Shown here: in pieces, positions 9,374 to 18,122 of the stretch
How positions within the stretch are numbered: the first letter of the stretch is position 1
How the letters are laid out: each line of letters starts with the position of its first letter
NCBI GenBank assembly: GCA_963701965.1
Contig: OY969695.1
Coordinates: 1,568,001-1,632,000 of the forward strand
Length of the DNA stretch: 64,000 bases
Reading direction: 5' to 3'
Source: an uncultured Gemmatimonadales bacterium
GTDB taxonomy: Bacteria; Gemmatimonadota; Gemmatimonadetes; Gemmatimonadales; Gemmatimonadaceae
Made by a program: the position numbers and the translations under genes
The notes under the pieces: generated by a model
Told to the model about the DNA's origin: nothing
Database searches by the model: none
The model's input: the letters and a program-made list of their open reading frames with translations, nothing else

Positions 9374-10245
9374 GTCCCGGTCCCGGTCGTGGACGCGGGA
9401 AACCGCCAGCTCTTGGCGCGCTGCACAATGCAGGATTCGGTGGCATCGACGCCCGCGCCGCTCCACGTGCGGCCGGTGATCATCGCGTCGGACACGCCGC
9501 CCGGGCCGGTGAGCGTCAGTGCCACGGTGACGCTGCCCGCCAACGCGGGGTTGGCCGCAAGCCCATACTCGTCATAGCAGAACCGGAGCTGCGACTGGTG
9601 GTCGCGCACCTGCGTGCCGAGCTGGCCGACATCGCGGCCCGGCCCCGCGCCCGGTGCGTCAATGACCCGCGGCGCCGAGATCTTCACGGCCTGCACGCCA
9701 AACCGCCCGGTGCCACCCCCCTGCACGGCGCCGATCGACCCGGCGCCACCAGCGCCGAGTGTATCGCGGCCGGGCGTACGCGACCCTTGGCCGCCCTGGC
9801 CATAGGCCAACACCGCCTTGCCACCGGTCGCCGCGCCCACCGGCGCCGCGTTCGACGCCACGGCCACGCCGCGCAGCACGTTGGACACATCGCCCACCGG
9901 ACCACTCGCGGGCGCCGCGCCAAATGCCCCGGCGATGGCCGCGCTATTGTCCGGCCGCGCTGCCGCGGCGGCGGGTTTCCGCGCGGTTGGCTTGGCCACG
10001 GTTGGCGTGGGCGGAGGCGCGACCTCGGGTTTTGGCGGGGCCGGCGTCTCCTCGAATGTGACGGCGATCGGCAGGTCCTGCGCCGGCAGCAGATGCGTGG
10101 TCTCCGTGCGCGGCCCAAAGATCACCAGCAGCACCCAGGCGATCCCAAAGGCCGCCGACAGCGAGGACGAGGCGCGGAGTGCCCGTTCCTCATTTCCGGC
10201 CAGCTCGTGACGCAGGTTCCGCGTGAGGCTGATCTCTCCGCTCAT
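9343..10245 (-). CDS. AgmX/PglI (GltG-like) TonB/TolA-type energy transducer
   Basis: One N-terminal TM helix, Pro/Lys/Ala and Gly-rich linker, C-terminal QLRFCYDEYGLAANPALAGSVTV...ESCIVQRAKSWRFP...YEFSFNF. Confidence 0.8.
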   Translation of the reverse strand: MSGEISLTRNLRHELAGNEERALRASSSLSAAFGIAWVLLVIFGPRTETTHLLPAQDLPIAVTFEETPAPPKPEVAPPPTPTVAKPTARKPAAAAARPDNSAAIAGAFGAAPASGPVGDVSNVLRGVAVASNAAPVGAATGGKAVLAYGQGGQGSRTPGRDTLGAGGAGSIGAVQGGGTGRFGVQAVKISAPRVIDAPGAGPGRDVGQLGTQVRDHQSQLRFCYDEYGLAANPALAGSVTVALTLTGPGGVSDAMITGRTWSGAGVDATESCIVQRAKSWRFPASTTGTGTYEFSFNFTR

Positions 10246-10766
10246 ACGCGCTTTACCTGCAGCGAGATATTCTTGAACCCCGCCAAGCGCGCCGTCTGCA
10301 TGAGCCGCGACAGCAGGTCGTAGCGCATGGTCTTATCGCCTTGGATGGCCAGCGGCTGATCGACCGGCGCGCTGGCCGGCGTGCCCCGGTGCGCCCGGAT
10401 CGAATCGGCGCGCGCCTTGAGCGCCACGTACAGCGGCGGAATGAGCAGCGGCTCTCCGGGGACGTCCGACGCCGCCTGCGCCGCGTCGATGGTCCGCATG
10501 ATGGGCGTATTGGCCAGCGTGACCTGCGCCCCCACACCCAGCGTGAGTTGTTGCAGCGCACTGGCGCCGACGCGCGACTCGGGCAGCGTGACGCCGGGCA
10601 CTACGGGCGAGAGCTCGCCGACCAGGGCCGTCGTCAGGGCGAAGAAGACGATGGACACGAGGGTGTCGACGAGCGGCACGAGATTGAGCTGCACCATACG
10701 GAACTTGGCGAACTGCGCGCTGCGCCGCGCTTCCCGCAGCTGGCGGGCCCGGCTTCGCGAGGCCAT
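10242..10766 (-). CDS. exbD: ExbD/TolR-family protein (AglQ/AglS-like)
   Basis: LNLVPLVDTLVSIVFF TM helix with the channel Asp; IQGDKTMRYDLLSRLMQTARLAGF. Confidence 0.88.
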   Translation of the reverse strand: MASRSRARQLREARRSAQFAKFRMVQLNLVPLVDTLVSIVFFALTTALVGELSPVVPGVTLPESRVGASALQQLTLGVGAQVTLANTPIMRTIDAAQAASDVPGEPLLIPPLYVALKARADSIRAHRGTPASAPVDQPLAIQGDKTMRYDLLSRLMQTARLAGFKNISLQVKRV

Positions 10767-11269
10767 CAGCGGGCGCGGGTGCCGAGCGCGACGTTGGGAA
10801 ACCGCGCCATCTTGAGCCGCTCCAGCACGTGGACCACGTGGTCATAGTCGACGTCGTCCGCGGGCAGCACGAGCACGTCGCCGTTTTGGGGATACCGGCG
10901 CCGGATATCAGTCATCAACGCCTGCAGCGTATCCAGCGATGGCAGTCCGAGACCGGCGATCTCCCGGCGAAAACCGCCGGCGCCGGAGTGCTCGACGACG
11001 AGACGATCGTTGGACACGCGCACGGCGAGCAACAGGTTGAGCGCGGTCTTGTCCGGCGCCGGGGCCTGCGGGGCATTGATGACGACGGGTGGCAGGCTGA
11101 GATCGTACGACGTCAGCAGCGAGACGAGTCCCTGATAGCTGACGAGGCTGAAGAACACGATCGAGGTGAGGACGTCGACCAAGGGCACGAGATTGATACT
11201 GCCATGCCCCAGCGACCCCTGGCTCAATTCCCGGCGGCGAACTCTCGCTCTATGAAATCGACTGGCCAT
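10766..11269 (-). CDS. exbD: ExbD/TolR-family protein (AglQ/AglS-like)
   Basis: INLVPLVDVLTSIVFF; VLPADDVDYDHVVHVLE...FPNVAL. Confidence 0.88.
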   Translation of the reverse strand: MASRFHRARVRRRELSQGSLGHGSINLVPLVDVLTSIVFFSLVSYQGLVSLLTSYDLSLPPVVINAPQAPAPDKTALNLLLAVRVSNDRLVVEHSGAGGFRREIAGLGLPSLDTLQALMTDIRRRYPQNGDVLVLPADDVDYDHVVHVLERLKMARFPNVALGTRAR

Positions 11270-11891
11270 GCACGGTCAAAGCGCTGATCAACCGCACCGA
11301 AAACTCGTCGACTTGCTCGATGAGCTGCTCGGCCTGCGCCGAGAGATACGAATGCACGACGGTGAGCGGGATCGCGGTCAGGAGGCCGAATCCGGTCGCG
11401 TTGAGCGCGATCGCAATGCCCGCGGCCAATGTCTCCGACCGCTCGGCCGCCGACGCCAGCGACACGGAGGCGAAGGCGTGCTGCAACCCGAAGATCGTCC
11501 CGAAGAGACCGATGAGCGTCGCCACGTTGGCCAGCATCGGGAGATACTGCAGGCGGCGGGTGAGATGCGGGATCACCGAGAGCGACGCCGCGTCGGCGAC
11601 GTTCTGCAGCTCGCTCTCGTCGCGGCTGGGCGACCGCAGCAAGAGCAGGCCGATCGCGGGCAGCGTGGCCGCGGACTGGGCGCACAACCGCGCCGCTTCG
11701 TCGATCCGTCCCGCCCTGACTAATGACATGATCCGGTCGGTGAACACCGAGCCGCTCACGCCGCCGCGGGCCCGGTGGACGATCACGTACAGGCGCTCGA
11801 TCAAGATCGCCAGGCCGGCCAGCGCCACGGCCAGGATCGCGTACATGACCGGTCCGCCGTTCCGAAACCATTCCAACACACTGCGCAACAT
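11250..11891 (-). CDS. exbB: MotA/TolQ/ExbB proton channel protein (AglR-like)
   Basis: Start trimmed to ATG 11891. GGPVMYAI, IER, ANVATLIGLFGTIFGL, GIAIALNATGFGL. Confidence 0.92.
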   Translation of the reverse strand: MLRSVLEWFRNGGPVMYAILAVALAGLAILIERLYVIVHRARGGVSGSVFTDRIMSLVRAGRIDEAARLCAQSAATLPAIGLLLLRSPSRDESELQNVADAASLSVIPHLTRRLQYLPMLANVATLIGLFGTIFGLQHAFASVSLASAAERSETLAAGIAIALNATGFGLLTAIPLTVVHSYLSAQAEQLIEQVDEFSVRLISALTVHGQSIS

Positions 11892-11893
11892 GC

Positions 11894-12205
11894 CTATTCC
11901 CTCGGGACGTGAGGCGCGACGGTGGTGTCCGGCGCCACGTCCGGTGGACGATGCGGCGTCTCGCTCAGCAACGGCGGAGCCACGCGGTACGGCGAACGCA
12001 TGGCGTCGGCGAAATGCCGGTCGTACAACGCCGGCACCAGCACGTCCCGCGGATACTCGGGCACGGCCCGCGGACGCACGGTGACGACCTGCGGCGTCGG
12101 CACCTGCCCGCGGATCTCGACCGTCGGCGCTTGGGCCGCCGCTGGGCGGCTGGCGATGACGCACGCGGCGGCCGTGACTGCCGCCAAGAGTGTCTCGAGT
12201 CTCAC
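11894..12205 (-). CDS. Small exported protein, GltF/CglF-like
   Basis: GTG 12205 overlaps the upstream stop (GTGA). Signal peptide ending AAA-Q, then VEIRGQVPTPQVVTVRPR. Position between the TPR gene and exbB is the gltF position. Confidence 0.55.
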   Translation of the reverse strand: MRLETLLAAVTAAACVIASRPAAAQAPTVEIRGQVPTPQVVTVRPRAVPEYPRDVLVPALYDRHFADAMRSPYRVAPPLLSETPHRPPDVAPDTTVAPHVPRE

Positions 12206-15200
12206 TTGATCTCTGTATCCAAAGGCGGCCGCGCCGGCACGGTGCCTTGCGTGCCCTGCCGCGCGAGGTCGACCCATCCGTTGACGATGCCGTCCGGCGC
12301 CGCTTTGTCCACGAGCGCCTGCCACGTCTGCCGTGCCTGCGTATAGTAGCCTTGGGCCTGCTGCGCGGCGCCGCGCATCGCGGCATCGCGCTCGCTGTCG
12401 CTCAATCCCGCGGGCAGCGAGACGTGCGCCAGAAAATCGCCATACACCCATTGCGCGTAGCCGACATAGAATGACCCCGCGGCGAGATACCGGGGGTCGC
12501 CGGAGCGAATGGCCTTGGTGAACGTGCGCGCCACCGCCGCCAACATCTCCTGCTTGCGCGCCGAGGCCCGGCGCACACCCGCCGCGGTCAGCTCGGCGCG
12601 GGTCGGGATGACCAGCGCCACGTCCTTGTACTTCTGGAAGAGCGCCACCCCTTCGTCGAACGCCCGCCGCCCGGCCCGCGCCGCGCAGTCGCCTCTCAAC
12701 TCCGGCGGCGGCGCGACAGCATCACACAACGGATCGAGCGCGACGCGGGCGGCCGCGGTGTCGCCGGTCGCGCGCAGCAGGCGCACGCGCGCGACGCGCA
12801 CGCGGCCGATCCGCGGATCGCGCGGGAATCGCTGGGCGAACGTGCCGTACGCCTTGGCGCCGGCCACGGTATCACCGGCCTCGAGATAGGTCACGCCGGC
12901 ATTGTACTGGGCGTCGGCGGCCCGCTTATCCGCGGGATAGTCGGCCGCAAACTGCTCGTAGACCGCGGCCGCCTCGCGCCGCCGGCGCAGCGAGTCGAGT
13001 CGCACCGCGAGCTTGATCTCGGCGTCCGCGCGGCCGCGCCAACCGGGATTGTCGGCCACGACCGCGCGCAACACGGCGATCGACTGGTCGCTCTGCCGCG
13101 TCTCCAAGAGGAGATCGCTGTACAGCATCTGGTACTGCAGCCGATAGCGATACTGGGGATACTCGGTCACGAGGCGCTGGGCCAACGCCGCGGCCCGCGG
13201 CCGGTACGATGTGTCGGCCAGCAAGTACGTCTCGATCGCGTTCCGCAGCGCGTCGGCCGCCTGCTCCGTCCCGGGCGACCGGTCGGCGATCGGCACGTAC
13301 ACATCGCGCACGGCCTGATCGTACGCGCCGCGCTTGACCAACGAGTCGGCGTACGCGGTCGCGGCGCTGTGCTGCACGCCGGCGATCGAATCGGCGAATG
13401 CCGCCCGGCCCGTGGCCCGGGCCACGACCGCCGCCGAATCCCATTGCCGCTGCGCGTCCGGGTACCGCCCCTGTTTGTACAAAGCGTCGCCCACCTGCTT
13501 TGCGGCAGTGGCCGCGTAGGGATCGGTCGGGTACAGCGTGGCGTACCGCCGGAAGGTCTCGGCCTCGACGTCCCATTGTCCGCCATCCGCGGCCCGCCGC
13601 CCCTTGGCGATCAGCGCCTTGCGCGCGATGTCGGTGCGGGGATAGCGGTCGGCATAGCGATCGAGCGCCGAGAACAGCGAATCCTGGACGGCCCGGTCGG
13701 CTTTGTCGTGGGCGGTCACCGAGTCCCAGGCCACGATCGCGTTCTGCGCGGCCTGGGCATTCCGCGGATCCGTACTGTCCGATGGAAAATCGAACGCCGC
13801 ACGCCCATAGGCCGTGGCTGCTCCGCGATAGTCCTTGGCGCCGAACAGCGCGTCCGCGTAATGAATGTCCATGATCCGCGCGCTGTCGGCCTGGCCGTAG
13901 TCGGCCATGTACACCCGGTACAGTGACGCGGCAGAGTCATAGTGCGCCCGCTGATCAGGCGACGACTGGGCTTTAGCCAGCTGGAATTGCGCGCTCTGTC
14001 GGAGCGCGGCCTCGCGCGTGGCCGCTGCCTCTTTGGCGTACGTGGGATTCGCCGCGGTCCACAGCGCCCCGGGGGCGAATTTCTGCACCAGCGACAGGCG
14101 CGCGGCTTGGGCCTTCTCCGGCTCCAGCGTGTGGTTCTGGTAGAGATCGACGATGGCACGCGATGTCCCCAGCGCCGACGAATCGTCCGGGGCCGCGCTC
14201 AGCAGCTCCTGGTACGCGGCGACCGCCTTCGGGAAGTCGCCCTGGTCGCGCAGGCGCACGGCGATCTGGCGCAGCACGGGCACCTGCAGCCGCGCGCGGT
14301 CGGCCCGCGCGGCGAAGAACCGGTCGGCTGCCGCCGCCCCTCCGATCTGCGCGAAGGACACCGCCATGTACCCCAGCGCCTCTCCCCGCAGGCCTAAGCG
14401 CTGCTGGCGCTCGGGCGGCAAGGCGTCGTAGGCATCGACGAGGCGGCCGAATACATCGACGGCCTGGTTGTACCCGCCCGGGTCCTGCGCCGTCGCCGTG
14501 TTGTAGTGCGCCCAACCGAGCTTGTAGAGCGACAGAAAGTAGACGTCGCCGTCCTTGGGCGCGGCGTCGACCGCCCCTTCATAGGCGGTGATGGCCTTCC
14601 GGAGCGACGCCAGCCGGGGATCGCCGCGTTGGCCAGCGGCCATCTCGAACTGGGCGTCGCCGAGTCGGAAGAGCGCTTCCGGGCGCTGGGGCGCCTGGGG
14701 ATGCGCGGCGACCAGCTCGAACCTCGGGATCGCATTGGCATAGCGGTGCGCGAACGAGTAGAGCGTGCCCAGGGTGTACGCGGCGCCGGCGATCTCGGGA
14801 AACGTGGGGTAGCGCTTGACGAGCTCCTCGTAGCGCGCCACGGGCTCCGCGTAGTCGGGATGGGCCGACCCGGCGCTGTCGCCGCGCTGCGTGGCCGCGA
14901 ACCGGTCGTCGGCGCGACGGGTCAGGAGCTCGCCGAGCTCGTAGAGCGCGCCCGGGCGCAACGGGCTCTCGGGATAGCGCGCCAACGCCAATGTCAGCGC
15001 CGCGATCGCCGTATCGGGATTCCCGCGACTGGCATCCGCATACCGGAAGAACGCGGCGCTCGCGGCGCCAAACTCGGCCGCCATGAGGTCGCGGCGCCGA
15101 TCGGCAGCGAGGGCCGCGACGCGCGCCGCGAGCGCGCGGTCGACGATGGGCACGAGCCGCGCCACGGCGGCGTCGCGCCGGGACTGCGCCGCGGTGAGCG

Positions 15201-16770
15201 CCGCGCGCAGCGCGACGCGCTCGGGGGACGCGCCGGACTGTTCGCGGGTGATCGCGCTGTCAATGGCTCCCGTCGCACTGGCCCCGGCCACCCGCGTCTC
15301 CGCCAACAAAGTGCGAATGCGCGCGCCGCGCTTGCGCACGGAATCCTCCAACACGAACACGGGATGGCGCGCGATCGCCGAGTCGAGACCGGTCGCCGTC
15401 CGATCCGCCAACCGTCGATACCCTTGGGCGATGCCCTGCTCCCGCGCGAGGTACACCACATCGTCCGGCCGCGGCCCTCCCGGCATCGCCCGGCGTACCG
15501 TGTCGAGACGAGCCACATTCTCCTGGGACAAGTCGCGCATATCGGTAATCCGCGCCAACAAGAGCCGGTGCACCTTGGCGTGGTCCGCGTCCACCGTTGC
15601 CAGGACCCGGCTCAACGAATCGCCGGCGGTCGTGTCGCGGGGCGTGCGGATGCCGGCCTTGAGGCGCTGGAGATCGGCGACGCGCGCTTGGGCGCTCGCG
15701 CCCTGGCGCTGGATGGCCCGCTCCGCCAGCGCGACACCGACGTCCGCCGCCCGCACCGCCGCCAGCGCCCGCCCCAGCGAGTCCCGCGCGGCACTGTCCG
15801 GCGTTGTGCGAAAGACGGCTCGTGCCAGCCAGGGAGTTCCCGCCGCGGCGAGTCGCCGTCTGACCTGATCGATGGAGATCACCGAATCGGGCGCCGGCAC
15901 CGGTGGCGCCGCGGGCGCGCCGCCGCTGACGGCGGCGCGCAAGACGTCGATGCCCGACATCGCGCTGTCCGGAAACGCCACGGCCTTCCCGCCCGCAATG
16001 TCGCCCAGCAGCAGCAGATCGGCGGCCCGGGCCGCCACGAGCAAACGGCCGCCGTTCGGGGGGTCGGCCGGCGCCGAGGGCGCGTCGATCACCGCCCGGA
16101 ACGCGCGCGTCGCCTCGTCGTCGTGCCGCAGCGCGAGCGCGCTCTGGGCCTCGATCAGGCGCGCCTCGTCGCGTTCGGGCAGGTCCGGGTACGCGCGCGC
16201 GAACGCGCCGAACCGCTCGCCCGCCTGCGCGATCTTGCCGCTGCGATACAGCGCCCACGCCGCGGTGAGCGACGCCGCGGCGCCGAAGGGACCGTCGGCC
16301 CGCACCGAATCCGCGGCGGCGACCGCGCGGTCATAGTCCCCGGCCTCGTAGGCGTTCTGCGCGGCGCGCAGATGCGTCGGATCGGACGCGGCGAGCGCCG
16401 TCTCCAGTGGCCGCGTGCCGTCGCGATAACCGGCCATCTGTAACTGCGCCTGCAGCACGGGCTGCACCCGCGCCGCATCGGGAGTGTTGGCGAGAGCGGC
16501 GACGGTTGCCGCCAGGCTGTCGTCCATCCCCAGCCGGTAGAAGCACTGGGCGATCAGAAAGCCGCGGGCCGTGGGATCGGCCTTGGGGTCGATCGCCCGG
16601 AGCCGGGTCAGGGCCGCTACCGGACTGCCGGTGGTGAGGTCGAACAGCGCGGCCCGCAGCTCGGCATCGATGGCCCGCGTGTGGTCGAGTGGCGGGACAA
16701 CCGTGGTATCGGGTTGCGCCCGCGCCACGCCCGCCAATCCCGCGAAGAGAACCAGCCACGGAAACCGCAC
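12202..16770 (-). CDS. Giant periplasmic TPR protein (1522 aa) with GltD/AgmU-like C-terminus
   Basis: Signal peptide; many TPRs (ALYELGEL, AAYTLGTL, ALFRLGD, SLYKLGWAHY, AQYNAG). C-terminal LPAGLSDSERDA...QQAQGYYTQA...GIVNGW resembles the AgmU/GltD tail. Confidence 0.85.
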   Translation of the reverse strand: MRFPWLVLFAGLAGVARAQPDTTVVPPLDHTRAIDAELRAALFDLTTGSPVAALTRLRAIDPKADPTARGFLIAQCFYRLGMDDSLAATVAALANTPDAARVQPVLQAQLQMAGYRDGTRPLETALAASDPTHLRAAQNAYEAGDYDRAVAAADSVRADGPFGAAASLTAAWALYRSGKIAQAGERFGAFARAYPDLPERDEARLIEAQSALALRHDDEATRAFRAVIDAPSAPADPPNGGRLLVAARAADLLLLGDIAGGKAVAFPDSAMSGIDVLRAAVSGGAPAAPPVPAPDSVISIDQVRRRLAAAGTPWLARAVFRTTPDSAARDSLGRALAAVRAADVGVALAERAIQRQGASAQARVADLQRLKAGIRTPRDTTAGDSLSRVLATVDADHAKVHRLLLARITDMRDLSQENVARLDTVRRAMPGGPRPDDVVYLAREQGIAQGYRRLADRTATGLDSAIARHPVFVLEDSVRKRGARIRTLLAETRVAGASATGAIDSAITREQSGASPERVALRAALTAAQSRRDAAVARLVPIVDRALAARVAALAADRRRDLMAAEFGAASAAFFRYADASRGNPDTAIAALTLALARYPESPLRPGALYELGELLTRRADDRFAATQRGDSAGSAHPDYAEPVARYEELVKRYPTFPEIAGAAYTLGTLYSFAHRYANAIPRFELVAAHPQAPQRPEALFRLGDAQFEMAAGQRGDPRLASLRKAITAYEGAVDAAPKDGDVYFLSLYKLGWAHYNTATAQDPGGYNQAVDVFGRLVDAYDALPPERQQRLGLRGEALGYMAVSFAQIGGAAAADRFFAARADRARLQVPVLRQIAVRLRDQGDFPKAVAAYQELLSAAPDDSSALGTSRAIVDLYQNHTLEPEKAQAARLSLVQKFAPGALWTAANPTYAKEAAATREAALRQSAQFQLAKAQSSPDQRAHYDSAASLYRVYMADYGQADSARIMDIHYADALFGAKDYRGAATAYGRAAFDFPSDSTDPRNAQAAQNAIVAWDSVTAHDKADRAVQDSLFSALDRYADRYPRTDIARKALIAKGRRAADGGQWDVEAETFRRYATLYPTDPYAATAAKQVGDALYKQGRYPDAQRQWDSAAVVARATGRAAFADSIAGVQHSAATAYADSLVKRGAYDQAVRDVYVPIADRSPGTEQAADALRNAIETYLLADTSYRPRAAALAQRLVTEYPQYRYRLQYQMLYSDLLLETRQSDQSIAVLRAVVADNPGWRGRADAEIKLAVRLDSLRRRREAAAVYEQFAADYPADKRAADAQYNAGVTYLEAGDTVAGAKAYGTFAQRFPRDPRIGRVRVARVRLLRATGDTAAARVALDPLCDAVAPPPELRGDCAARAGRRAFDEGVALFQKYKDVALVIPTRAELTAAGVRRASARKQEMLAAVARTFTKAIRSGDPRYLAAGSFYVGYAQWVYGDFLAHVSLPAGLSDSERDAAMRGAAQQAQGYYTQARQTWQALVDKAAPDGIVNGWVDLARQGTQGTVPARPPLDTEIK

Positions 16771-17432
16771 TACGGCGCGACGTCCCGGCTCGTCCAGGTG
16801 GTCTGCGTCACTTGCCCGTTTCGCATGGCGAACTGCACGTAGGTCGTTCCGCCCGCTTGCGTCTCCACCCGCACGCTCGCGGTCCGTGGCTGGCCTCCGA
16901 CGAGCGCCGTGACGGCTACCTGGTGGGGCGCCGGCACGACCGTCGACCGGTACAGCTCATCGACCGCCCCGTTGGCCAGCGCCGAGTTCGCGTACGCCGA
17001 GTACCGGCGCCCCGCGGCCACCCCATCGTCGACGCGGAGACCCAGACTGTCGACGCGTTGACCCGGCGACGCGGAATCGGCGCGGAATTCGACGACCAAC
17101 ACGGCGCCGGCCGGCCGCCGGACAGCATTGGCGAGTGTCTGGAGGCGGGCCCGTTGGGCCAGCAACGCATCCTCGGACACGGTCATGACCGAGTCCAACT
17201 GCCGCAGGGCGAATGTCTCGCGGCTCATCATGAGCGCGATTGCCCGCTCCTCGGCGGCGGTGGCCGCCGCGGATTCCGCCTGCACATCGCGGCGCAGGCG
17301 TTCGACCCGCTGCTCGTCGATCTTCCGCTGGGACGGCGTGATGCTATCCGACTGCGCCGCGGCGACAGCCGATGAGAGGGCCAGCGCCGCGAGCGTCTTG
17401 CCGACCCAAAGATACGTCCGATAAGCTTTCAT
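16770..17432 (-). CDS. Exported coiled-coil plus beta-sandwich protein, first gene of the motor-like operon
   Basis: ATG 17432 follows GAGG. Signal peptide; VDSLGLRVDD...RRY...ALANGAVDELY...H. Stop overlaps the start of the TPR gene. Confidence 0.7.
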   Translation of the reverse strand: MKAYRTYLWVGKTLAALALSSAVAAAQSDSITPSQRKIDEQRVERLRRDVQAESAAATAAEERAIALMMSRETFALRQLDSVMTVSEDALLAQRARLQTLANAVRRPAGAVLVVEFRADSASPGQRVDSLGLRVDDGVAAGRRYSAYANSALANGAVDELYRSTVVPAPHQVAVTALVGGQPRTASVRVETQAGGTTYVQFAMRNGQVTQTTWTSRDVAP

Positions 17433-17456
17433 ACCTCTCAACTCCGACCCGGGATC

Positions 17457-18119
17457 ATGCGCGCTTCGTTCGATCGCCTATTCGTCTTGGTGGTACTTGC
17501 TTGCAACACGTCGAGCGGCGCCACCACACACAACGGGGCGACCGCGACGACGATCGCCGCCGCCGCTCCGGGCGACAGTCTCTCCCGCCGCCTCGACGCC
17601 GCGCGCATTCTCGGGGATTCCACCGCGAAAGTGTGGATGATCATGGTGAGCGATTTCCAGTGCCCGTATTGCAAAGAATGGCACGATGCGTCGTTCGCCG
17701 CGCTGCGCCGCGAGTACGTCGACAATGGCAAGGTCCGTCTCGCTTTCTATAACTTCCCGCTGAGCATGCATCCGAACGCCGTGCCGGCCGCCGAGGCGGC
17801 CATGTGCGCGGGGGCGCAGAACAAGTTCTGGCCAATGCACGACGCTCTTTTTGCCTCTCAGGCAACCTGGGCCCCCCGGCCCGATCCGGGACCGGTGTTT
17901 GATTCCCTGGCCACGAAAGTCGGCCTGACCATGTCGGCGTTCAACAGCTGCCGGTCGTCGCACGCCACGCTGCCCCTGATCAATGCCGACCAGGACCGCG
18001 CCAGCCGGGCCGGCGTGCAGTCGACACCGACGATCGTCATTGGGAACAAGTTGATCGCCGGCGCGCAACCGACGGACGTGTTCCGACGGGCCATCGACGC
18101 CGCCCTCGCCGCCAAGTAG
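17457..18119 (+). CDS. dsbA: DsbA-family thiol-disulfide oxidoreductase (lipoprotein)
   Basis: Lipobox VLAC; SDFQCPYC; FPLSMHPNA; GVQSTPT cis-Pro; GAQP. Confidence 0.9.
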   Translation: MRASFDRLFVLVVLACNTSSGATTHNGATATTIAAAAPGDSLSRRLDAARILGDSTAKVWMIMVSDFQCPYCKEWHDASFAALRREYVDNGKVRLAFYNFPLSMHPNAVPAAEAAMCAGAQNKFWPMHDALFASQATWAPRPDPGPVFDSLATKVGLTMSAFNSCRSSHATLPLINADQDRASRAGVQSTPTIVIGNKLIAGAQPTDVFRRAIDAALAAK

Positions 18120-18122
18120 CGG

